This document shows, one piece after another, positions 1-10,551 of a stretch of DNA of 64,000 nucleotides; the stretch's first letter is position 1; each line of letters opens with the position of its first letter. The notes below the pieces were generated by a model. That model had not been told where the DNA came from and did not search any database. It saw only the letters and a program-made list of their open reading frames with translations. This DNA comes from Tubiluchus corallicola. Its lineage: Eukaryota > Animalia > Priapulida. The stretch covers positions 1 through 64,000 of the forward strand of contig JAQGDQ010000345.1 of assembly GCA_030141605.1 (NCBI GenBank). Reading direction: 5' to 3'. The translations under genes and the position numbers were made by a program.

Positions 1-495
1 AATTTACTCCTTTTGTAACTCCAGTGCAGCTCTATTCGATAGATAGTATTCGCTGATGTATGCTTCATAATAATTGCATATCCAAGATGTGCATAAAATA
101 TAAACTTTTATATTTAATGGTGAATTCTCTCTTTTATATCATGCATCGCCATTTTTAGGTCTCTTCCTCTGTCTTCCCTCTCTCTCTCTTTCTGTCTCCC
201 TCCTTCCCCCTTTGTCTCTCTCTCTCTCTTTATCATTATTCCACTTAGAGAGTTCATGCCTCTGCAATACATTACATGTCAAGTTGATTGGCCTCAATAA
301 CATTTTTGCTTTATAATTATCATTAACGATATTCTAATATACTGTAACAGTATGACTATGATTGTCTATATTGTATGCTAAAATTTTATTTTCATTTGTG
401 TTACTACTATGCTGTATCATGTATCAAGTAAATTATTACCTTGCTTACACTATAGTTTAACTCATAATTACTATTTGTATATTTTCACTTTTCAG

Positions 496-2321
496 TGAAG
501 GATCATCCGCATTACCTAGACTGGATGGCTTTTTCCTTAATGGCCGTTGCCGTGATTTTACTAATTGTCGTTACAGTCATCGCTGTTCGAATGAAACGTA
601 AGCTAAACAGGTAAGTGAATTTCACAACCTTTTCACAAAGAACTTTCTTTTGAGATGCTGAGATATGGTAGGAGCATTTCATAGGTTATATCATCTACAG
701 ACCCTCACCAACCCATTAAAATTTTTCACCAATCTATGATTACAAGCTTTATATGACATTTGGGCACAGGGACATTTGGGCACAGGGACACTTGGGCACG
801 AGACATTTGGGCACCAGTAAAATTTTATGTTGTATCTGTTTTTTTGTTTTTGTTTATTAATTTTTTTATAATTCACCATCTTCCTCACTCTCACCAAATA
901 TCATCTCTCAACTCAAAGTGAACAAATTATGTATGAATAAAGATTTTATTCATAATATTTTTACGATTAGTTCACTAAATTTAACATATATTGTAACATA
1001 TGTTGTAAATATTAAAACCAGTCAATTGACTTTACACTTTCTGGTTTTCCACTTCTGTTGTTTATACAATGAACGAAGCAAGAGAAGACGCTGCAAGTTT
1101 AGATATTATAACAATATTACTACAACAATATAATTAAAAAATATCTGATGTGTCACAAAAGCAGTAAATAACACACAATTGCGCACAGCAAAAGGTCTAG
1201 GTAGAACAAAATTTACCGTTTCTGTAGCGATTAAACTAATAGTATATTATCGCAATTGATACTGTATTCATTAAGGGCTAGCTTGATGTGCTTTATAATC
1301 TAACGGATGTGTAATGTGTTGTTTTAACTAACCACCCACTCGAAATCAACCAGATCGATTAGTGGGCCAAATACTTAATGCATACTAAACTATAATATAA
1401 GTTTTTTGCCTTATTTCTCACGAAATGTGCGTTACGTGTAATACATGCGTTCAGCAACTCGGTAGTGCTTTTAAACATGCTAAGGGTTTAAACATGGGTT
1501 ATAGTTGTTTCCAGTTTTAATTACACAGTCATATTCAGAAAAATAATCATTTGTTTTCTTACAAAAACTTTTAAGTGTTTTAAAAGTTACATGGTAATAT
1601 AGCAATGAACAAGGATTACCACGATGTTAGCTTACTATAGACAGCATTTGCAGTGCTATACACAGCAACACTATGTCACGGTGTTCTTGCGTGATCGACT
1701 CACGTAACAGCACAACGTGCGTCGGCACTGGCAACCAAATGTATCATGCCCTAGTGTTTGGCGCCCAGACGGTCGTGTCTAATTTTCTCGCGAAAATAGG
1801 CCAGTCCCTTGTACAAAGTATTTAGAACGGGAACTAGCATAAGGTAGTCAACATGGAAGTTACCTTACTATCAAACAATACAATTATAAATCTTCAGGAA
1901 GCAAAATATACAAGCTTATGTAAGTAACCTCTCTAGATTTGTATATGTCTTCAAAATTTGTAATGTGCAAGTGTAAGTAGTTGAACTGTGTACATAATTC
2001 TAAAGATTTTCCTGTTTTAATAAAACTGTCATTTAAAAAGATACTATAGTTTATATTAGTTCTCCAAATGGAGTGACTTGAGTGAAATTTTTATCTTATA
2101 GGTACATTCCGCTAAATCTAGTGAAAGAGGAGATTCTTGCTGCAATAATGAAGGACAATAATGAGCAAGGAAACAAAGTAAACTTGTACACAGAGAGTCC
2201 AACCAAGCCCAATGGAAACATCTACACATCAACACCAATAAAACAAAATCTACCAATGCATGACTACGCAATGGGAAAAGATGGCATCAAGAAAGATGTA
2301 GATGGTGACATGGTTATTTAA
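496..2321 (+). CDS. 3' end (last two exons) of a single-pass type I membrane protein, identity unknown
   Basis: Exon 496-610 (ttttcag|...|gtaagt) encodes KDHPHYLDWMAFSLMAVAVILLIVVTVIAVRMKRKLNR, a TM helix followed by a basic stop-transfer segment. It splices in phase 2 to exon 2102-2321 (cttatag|), encoding a cytoplasmic tail YIPLNLVKEE...DGDMVI*. Upstream exons lie outside the window or were not recognised. Confidence 0.75.
755..815. repeat. Short tandem repeat, ~16-bp unit GACATTTGGGCACAGG, ~4 copies
   Basis: Seen directly; it produces the spurious CP-rich ORF 691-897. Resembles subterminal repeats of a DNA transposon. Confidence 0.75.
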
Positions 2322-2465
2322 AGTTACTCTATTTTATTTAAAGCAAATTTTCTATAGATGGCATCACAATAATTTTTTATTGTGATTTGCTTTGTGTGAC
2401 TGCCGTTAATGTATCATTGGTGTCATCTTTGAACAGGAAAATAAAATAACGTTTCAATGTAAAAA

Positions 2466-2760
2466 AGAGATGTACCGATTCAACCACTTTTTGCGACTAT
2501 CTCGAGTTTTTCTACGAAACGGTAATAGGCCGAATAGGTCTATAATAATCAGCTATTTATTGTAAGTAATTTTTGTAGCATAGCACCTGTTGAAAACAAA
2601 GGTGTCCCACAAGCTTGTAACCATGTGCTTTATTCTTCTGCTGTCTGTTAACCCTTAACTTTTTTAAGCTATAAGGAATTATAAAGGATGGCAACAAACA
2701 AAACCAGTAGAGTTTGGAGTGTTTTTAAAATAAAAGCAGATGATGAGACGAGTAAAGGGT
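2466..2760 (+). mobile_element. Possible hAT transposon left-end remnant with the start of a BED zinc finger
   Basis: AGAGATGTACCGA resembles a hAT TIR. The ATG at 2688 reads MATNKTSRVWSVFKIKADDETS, matching the S-x-V-W-x-x-F start of BED fingers, then breaks off. Confidence 0.35.
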
Positions 2761-4909
2761 AAACATAAAAATATAGAAATGAGTCTATTAAAAATAAAAT
2801 TTCAATAATGAATTAACAATTTATTTACATTATATCACAAAGTTAAACACAGAGAATGGGGTTTAACAGAATGGTCTGCCAATTTTTCTATGTAATACAA
2901 TAGGTGAACTATTCAGTAATAGGTAATTCCACAATTGACCTCTCTGACAACATCTATGCTAATTTTTGTCTAAAATGCTTGGTAAGAAGCTATCTACAAA
3001 TTTGATCCCCATAAAAATTTTTCTTCAGATATGAGTATTGAGCTTCTATGCTATATTTTGAGACTTTAATTAAAGTTTTATCAGAAGTGTTCCCATGTTT
3101 GTAGTAGTGTCTAAATGGCAATATTGCATAGTGCCATACTTTGAAAACAAGGTACAAAATTTGAAAGATAGACATGTTTTAAATAATACCATATTAATCA
3201 CAAACAGAATTTGCAAAACGGTAGACTTGAAACAATTTTTTCCAGCTATCACAAATTATTATTAGGCAGCTTTATGGGATATACAAAGTTACAACAACTA
3301 ATAGTTGACTAAAGTATACATGTGAACTTGTAACAAGTTGAACTTAATTAGTTATTTGGACAGTTAGCTATGTTCTGTAATGCTTATAACATTTTGTACT
3401 CCATGTATTGTTTCAAAAGAATAATAGTTCACTTAATTAGTCAATGTTTCCATGCTTTAACAGATCGTAGCTTCTTAATTTGTTAGTGATGTACAGGTTA
3501 GATAAGTGAGTCTGTCCCGTACGAGTGGACTTTATTGAATGGATTTGTTGTCAGGTTTTTTTCTCTATATTATAATTAGTGTACCTGGCCTAACAGTCAT
3601 CCGTATATATAATAATAAAAAGTTCAAACACTGATCGTAGATATTCCAGAGAATTCGTTTGATTAGTCATAATAAAAAATATACACATCTATTAGACGAA
3701 AAACTGGTAATTTATAACATTAATAATAAAAAAAACAATTCCAAATTAAAAACCATAATAGTGAACTGGAAAATACATGTTTAATCACATACTTGTCTCA
3801 CACACTGAAAAAAAATTTGCAGAGACGGCAAAATAATCTCAAAATATGTGTTTCAAATTATGCATTTTCATTATTTTCACCTAATAACCATGTGTACTTT
3901 TCACTATTATAATAATGATATCAAAATTAATATCTCTAGAACATGTAAGATCAGTACTTTTAGTCCACTCTAGTTATTTTAAAAGTCTAGTCTAGTCTAT
4001 ACCATTTTATAATTTGTCATCTTTTTGTTATTGCTTGGTTATCTTTTATAGTGCTTTGTTGCATTGAGTTGGCTAACACTTTTTGATCAGTAAAATAGAC
4101 ATTAAAATTGGAATTGTCAGCATCTGTTTAATTTTAAAACGAGCCAATAACAGGTATAATTCTGTACTAAGTGAACAATCTCTTAATATTTCTGTTATAA
4201 TCAGACTGCAGCATTCAATGGCAGTGTTTCAATATTATGTGCTCTGTCATAAAAACACTGAGATATTCAGTGTTTTTAAGAATAAACTATTTCAATTTTT
4301 TATTGTAGACAGGAGACAGTTAGGCCAGAACAATAAAGGCAGGACTCCATGTGTGCACAATGCATGAACTGTAATGTGTATACAATAGTTTTGGTCACTT
4401 TAAGGCATACACTCACAATATTAAATTTTCTTCTATTCGAGTTTTTGAAAGGTGGAAGAAGCGAATAATTATGTGTTATGTATCTAGTTGCAGTTTTTCC
4501 ATTAAATGACGATACGTACCGTAATGTTATTTTCCCTTGCAAAATGTTGTGGGCCAAAACTTGTGCTTTCTTTTCCATTTTATTAATACAATAATAAGTT
4601 AATGTCACCACTGAAATTTCGACAAAGGCATGGCTTCCACAAATTATTACTTCCAATTTTCACGCACATCAAGCAAAAATGACTGATAGTGCGCCATTGG
4701 CTTTGTTATTATGCCTAGCAATCATAAGCACATGACAACTGTTAATACACATTACACAGTACAAATCATGAATCATGCACCATCCATTACGGTAATTAAC
4801 CACGTACTACGTGTTACGTGCACATGGAATCCTAGCTTTAGGCTTTTGATTTTCTATGAATTACTAAACTCAAAGCTGTTAAATATAATTCAAAGAGCAA
4901 TCTTTACTT

Positions 4910-5101
4910 CTATAGTCTGTAATACATTAAACTATGACAGATTCCGAGTTCTCGAAATGGATAGTTGCCTTTATATTCAGCATCATCCCAACAGTATTCT
5001 TTTAGGATTTTGTAACCAAGTGATAAGCATACTTCCTGCAAAACATTATCACATTAGTATTATCACATTAGTATGTCGACAAGACAAAATTCTTTTTAAT
5101 A

Positions 5102-5159
<58 letters not shown>

Positions 5160-8100
5160 CACAGATCACTCAATCCATATATATATATACACATACATAT
5201 TCTTTGCTAAACGAGAATCTTTGTGCATGCTTGCTCTTAATGCCCGACGTGGTCTTACAAATAAACTCATATAACTGGCCTGGAGTTTACTTGAAAGCAA
5301 TGCAGGTTGAATCCGGGTGAGAGAAATGCCTTTTTTTCTTTCACGTACCTCTGCTTCATATTTTTCTATTTCGATTGGCACTGTTGCCAGACTTTCTCTC
5401 TACCAGTTCCCATCAACCAGCTACCCGCTTCAACAAACACTTTTTGATTTCACTGTCTTCTACTGTCTAAAACATTTATTACGTTTAAATCTTGCATAAT
5501 GTCCAAAATATTTTTCCCACTGCTGACTTGTTGAGGCATCCACTGTGATTTAACGTGTTTTGACACTTTTGCAGCATTTTAAGTAACGCGGAGCAAAATT
5601 ATTAGCACGAATCTACCCCAATGAATACTCGGGTTGCTTAACACAGTGTAAGCTACTGTATTTAACACTTGCTTTAATGGGACTAGCCTGTTGTTTAGAT
5701 AACTAGCCACGATTGTTGTTAATTAGGTGTTACTTATTTTTTTCACAATAGCGAACAATAGGGCTTGCATAGGGATTCAGCCTGCATGGCCTTCCTGTAA
5801 ACTACATAATAAATATGCTGCTTAACACTTGAGCTGATAGCAGAAACTGTTTGCCCTCATGGCCTATATCTTTTCAGTATATGAATCAACCTGTAGTATC
5901 AGTAATTGCCAAATCTACATCAAAACTTATTTAATACATTTCATTTCACTAGCTGAAAGATGATAAACAACTTGTTAAGCACTGTATGAGCCATTAAAAT
6001 TTTCCTTCAAGATCCACAATATCACTAGATGCAACCAGGAATTCAAAAGAATTATGGTCTGATACAACCAAGCTATTAAACTAATCTTTATTTTATAGTA
6101 ATACTGCTACACAATGTGGGCCTCATGCTAGTTTTTCTTAAGCCTTCACAGAAGAATTTGGCTCAGGTTCACTTCTACAGATGGATATAGTTGGAAACAT
6201 AATAACTGTTCAATTAACCTTTGTAAGTCTGTTAATATTGTTAGTTAGAATTCCCTGGAACTGTTTTCTCTTGGCAAGATCCAGAACTACCTTTTCCATT
6301 AGCTGCACAAGAATCAAATTTTCTTGATGTGATAACGTGATACGGGTAGCTGAAAAATTGATACAACTAATCTTAAAATCTATAAATTTACTATTAAAAA
6401 CTTTGCATGTAATAACAATTAACAAACATCTATGTGCTTTTGAGCATTAAGTAGGATGACTATGCTTTTGAGCAATTAAGTAGGATGGCTATTCGTCAAA
6501 GCTTCAGTAAGCCTTTTCACAGTTCCACAGTTGACGATCTTCAAAAGGTCAAAGGTTACCTGTACTGACAATGTATTTGTGTACACTTGACAATGCCTCG
6601 CAGCCCATGCTATTGTAACAGTAACAGTTTTAACAGCTATCTAGAACCTTACCTAGTTCATTTTTTCTTGTTCCCAAGTAAGATTCTACTAGTAACTCAC
6701 TCTATGCACAGACAATGCATAATTAAGTATAACAACTAAAGTTGCGGCAGATGGCTTTGCTTTACCCTCATGTCACGTGACAGTTGTAGCTAAGACTCGT
6801 TGCTGTGGTACAGTTAACCTTTTGATCTATAGCATATTACTAGACACAGCAGCAGTCCAGGTAATGAAACCCAAATGTAACATTATTAAATAGACATACA
6901 CTTAGTTTTCAAAGTAATATCATCTACCAGTGTTTAACAATGGAATGTTTGATATTACATACAATACAACACATATATCAATAAGAACTTTTGACAAGGT
7001 CAGAAAATGTCCTAAACTAATGAAATTGTGGGTACCCCCCCACCCCCCCACAGACGGATCAACCTCTACTCGCCTCTGCATTCATCTTGAATATTTTTTA
7101 CTCAAGATATATGATAGCAACATTTTATGTAGTTTAAAGTAAACTTATCACAAATTCTTTAAATAAACTAGAATAGCTATTTTTTGTTTATCAATAAAAA
7201 ATATTCTTTAAGAAATACAACTATTTTACTATTTGTTGCAAACCAAATTAGTACCTATTTCAACCCAACTGTTGGGTCCATTCCAACTGTAATGGAAAAA
7301 CAGATTTTTACCAAATATTATCAAAACCTTGAAGGCTCCCCGGTGGCTGAGGGCCCCAGGCTGCAGCCTAGATACTAGCATGTAAGATATTCTGGTCCTG
7401 TTCATATGCAAAATCTAGTAATTTAACATTCTAGTAATCTACTAACTTCTATGATCTTATGCCACTTTTACTTACTCAAGCTGAATGTATGAAACCAATC
7501 TCCAGGTCTTGAACACTTCAGTTGCATCTTTGCGCAATCTTCTTCTTCACCCATACGGTCCATGTAATAGGTAATACCATCATGTATGCCAGAAAACATG
7601 CTCTCACCGACCTCATCATACAAATCACGGCCAACACAGACACCTGCTACAGCATTACTGACATTGTCTACCACCATAAAACTCATGTCTGGATTGTTCT
7701 GAACTATTGCCCAAATTACTTCAACAGCTTTATTGTGAGCTTCAAAAGGTATTTGAGTAGCTGACCAATAAGCGTCGATATGGAAGTAGACATTCATGCT
7801 GTCTATGAATTCTGCTTTTCGGTCTAATGGAATAGGTGATACAATTTCATACTTAGTTAAGTTTGGTTCAACTGATGTACATACAGGAGCTTTTTGTAAA
7901 CAAAAAGACAGAAAATCATCGACTGATTTGGATGATAGTAGTACATAAAGAGAAATGTCTACAATGTTTCTTTCTTTTAGTTCTGATAATAGTGTAGCAG
8001 CACCAAGTGAGTGACCACCAAGGTCAAAATACGACCTTTGTGTGTTGATGGATGCAACCGGCATGTCAAGACTATTTGCCAAAAGAGCTAGAATCTTCTC

Positions 8101-9852
8101 TCTATTTTTGGAACTACAAGATAAAATCTTCAAGTTTTCATTATGCAAAGCTTTCAATTTGAGTCTGTATTTATTGCACAGGGACACTTTATCGCACTTA
8201 CCATTTGGAAGCAATGGCACTGATGAAATCTTAACACATCTCACTTGTATAGAAGTAGGAAATGATAACCTACAATGATTACAAACATCTTCTTCTGTAG
8301 AGGTGTTTGAAGTAAAAAAGACAATGATCTCCTTGGTATTTGATATCGAAATTGTTGTGACAATGCATGTTTCGGTCAAGTTTTCTAATGCTAACTCGAC
8401 TTCAGCTAAGTCAATTCTGTGCCCTCTAACCTTGACTTGGCTGTCATTCCTGCCTCTAAACAGTACGACAGTTTCTCCTTCATTTCCTACCTTTCCTGTG
8501 ATGCATCCTCGGTCACCTGTTCTATACCAGATTTTGTTTGAAAAACCACCATTACAGGTTATTTGAGTGAAGCTCCATTTTGTTTCTTCAGCATCTTTGT
8601 AATAGCCATCAGCAAGATTAGTACCACTTATACATATTTCACCTACTGTTTCAAATGGCACCACTCCTCTATTTTCGTTAATTATTGCTACATTGCAGTT
8701 GGTTATAGGTGAGCCTAAAGGAACTGTACCTGGTAACGAAGCTAACATATCTTTGCTTAACCTAAAGTGCAAAACATCACCCATAACCTCTGTTGAACCG
8801 TAAAAGTTCGTCAAAATCACATGCGGCAGCATATTATAAAATAAACTACACGTTTCTAGTTTGAGTTCTTCTCCACTGCATACGCAGAGCTTCAATGTTG
8901 AAAGTTTTGTCACTAGATTAGGATTGTCCTTTAAATGCTGCAAAATAGATCTTAAAAGTGTGGGTACTACTGTTATGCGAGTTATTCCATATCTGCTAAT
9001 TGTTTCAATTAGCTCTGCAGGGTCACGTGCAACAGACTTTGAGACAATTACCAATGGAATTCCTTGCAATAAAGTACCAAAAATTTCTGCAAAATGGTCA
9101 ACAAAATTTATTGATGTTTTAAACAAGCCAACTTCACCTTCTACAAAAGGATAATCTTCCCACTGCCAGTGAAGCCGATTCAAAGCTGCTCGATGACTAA
9201 GTGAAACTCCTTTTGGCAGTCCAGTACTTCCAGAAGTATACAACACACATGCTGTTAATTTCTGGAAACTGAATTCTGCCTGACTTGGCACTGATGCGAA
9301 ACTCATCTTATATGAAGCACTGCCGTCATAGATTTTCTCACTAAACCCTTGCGCGTCATTCAGCAAGTCATGATAACTGATGCTTGGAGTATTTACTTTT
9401 TTCAATAGTGAATCATCCCGACTACAGTTCTCCACATCTGTGACAACAAAAATAGGAGAAGATTGATTTATCATGTAGTTCAACTGTTTTTCTGGATATG
9501 AAAGGTCAAGGGTTAAGTATGAAGCACCCACTTTTAAGACAGCAAAGAGTGTTATAATTAGTTTTTCACTAGGGTCCATGTGAACACCAATGCAGGGTTG
9601 TTCATCCCCATCTTTGACACTGTTGTTGTCTCTGAAGCGACATTTGTACTGCCACATGGCGTAAGCTAATTTTTCAGCTTCGTGATTTAGTTCAAAAAAT
9701 GTCATCCATTTTCCGTTAAAACACAAGCCGTTCTTTTTCTTTGGAAACACCTCCTGCTCTAAATGATGCTCAAATACCACGTGAACACATGTGCATAAAT
9801 CAAGATATTCTTTATGAGGACCTTCTAGGAAACTCTGCTTTGGATCTTCCAT
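4910..9852 (-). CDS. ebony-like: Ebony-like monomodular NRPS (beta-alanyl-amine synthetase: A domain, T/PCP domain, AANAT-like amine-selecting domain), ~877 aa
   Basis: Coding exons 9852-7476, 6349-6219 and 5035-4910 join in frame (2634 nt, GT-AG). A-domain motifs: LYTSGSTGLPKGV, FVD, CSGE, NFYGSTE, GEICISG, YRTGD, QVKVRGHRIDLAEVE, PNGKCDK. PCP motif: YFDLGGHSL. The C-terminus ...HTFSLTT..LSHQENL..LMEKVVLDLAKRKQFQGILTNN..LTK..LGYKIL..PF matches the Ebony/AANAT pattern. Confidence 0.92.
5108..5156. repeat. (TA)n microsatellite
   Basis: Seen directly; it inflates the spurious ORF 4711-5274. Confidence 0.95.
6511..6835 (+). mobile_element. MITE copy (same family as 50611-50934), right TIR missing
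   Basis: Starts TAA|GCCTTTTCACAGTTCC and shares internal blocks with the 50.6-kb copy (tttaacagcta..ctagaa..tttttcttgttcc..tatgcacagac..gcataattaagta..gctttgctttaccc..gttgctgtggtaca..ttaacct). Confidence 0.8.
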
Positions 9853-10551
9853 CTTTGCTAGTTATTTCCTGACTGTTTCAGCAATTAAACCTGTATATCC
9901 TGTAATGAAATGCAAAATAAATTGCATGTATTATACTCTAACTGCATGTGTAGGATAAAAATGATTTAAAATTGAATTCCACAAACATACAGTTACTCAC
10001 TAGAAATCCATCCCCTGCTTATAAGCCCTTTTTACACTACAAAAAAGATACGGGATGCGTCGTGATCTCATAAATCCATTTGGCACATTTATCGAATTTG
10101 TTCAAGTTTCTCTTGTTCACTCTACACAGATTATGTTGGCTTACTGTATTAACATACTATAATTGACTGACTATATACTATCAGGCATGCAATGAAAAGT
10201 ATTGTAGTGACTAGTTACACGACCAGTAAACGTTCTGTTTTTTTTTTGCATTACATAGTAAATTATTTTTGCCAACAGGGTTTTAATGACCATCCCCCAT
10301 TTACTTTTTCACATAAATTGCTCTAAGCAAGATATGGCCACTCAAAGTAATAAAAGTGCAGTATAGCCAGACTTGCTAGTCGTAAAGGTATCTGTTGATA
10401 TTGTTCTTTAATTTAGTTTAGTTTACTTCTTGAATTGAGTGAGATGTGGTTTTCAGGAAAACAATTTTTTGGTAGAGAATTCCACTGTTTCCACAGCTAA
10501 AAAGCCCGAGAAAAAATATGTTCTACATCTAGAAATGTCTAGGGTAAACCT

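Noticed and set aside
4300-4656. 118-aa ORF as a possible last NRPS exon
   Set aside because: It has no polypyrimidine acceptor in the right phase; the exon at 5035-4910 fits much better.
4711-5274. 187-aa ORF on the + strand
   Set aside because: It runs through a (TA)n tract and is antisense to the last NRPS exon; no recognisable domain.
5166-5620. Coding-like minus-strand stretch in NRPS intron 2
   Set aside because: It is interrupted by stops and no family could be recognised; possibly a transposon relic, but unsupported.
6430-6493. Two-copy ~29-bp tandem duplication (ctatgcttttgagcattaagtaggatg)
   Set aside because: A simple local slippage duplication in an intron with no sign of function.
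7468-7475. Stop codon of the 794-aa ORF taken as the end of the NRPS
   Set aside because: TTGA|GTAAGT at 7476/7475 is a consensus donor, and two downstream exons complete the AANAT-like domain in frame.
7468-9852. Bacterial contamination or a bacterial NRPS gene cluster
   Set aside because: The gene has spliceosomal introns, host-like AT content, Ebony architecture without C or TE domains, and animal neighbours; no tailoring genes are visible.
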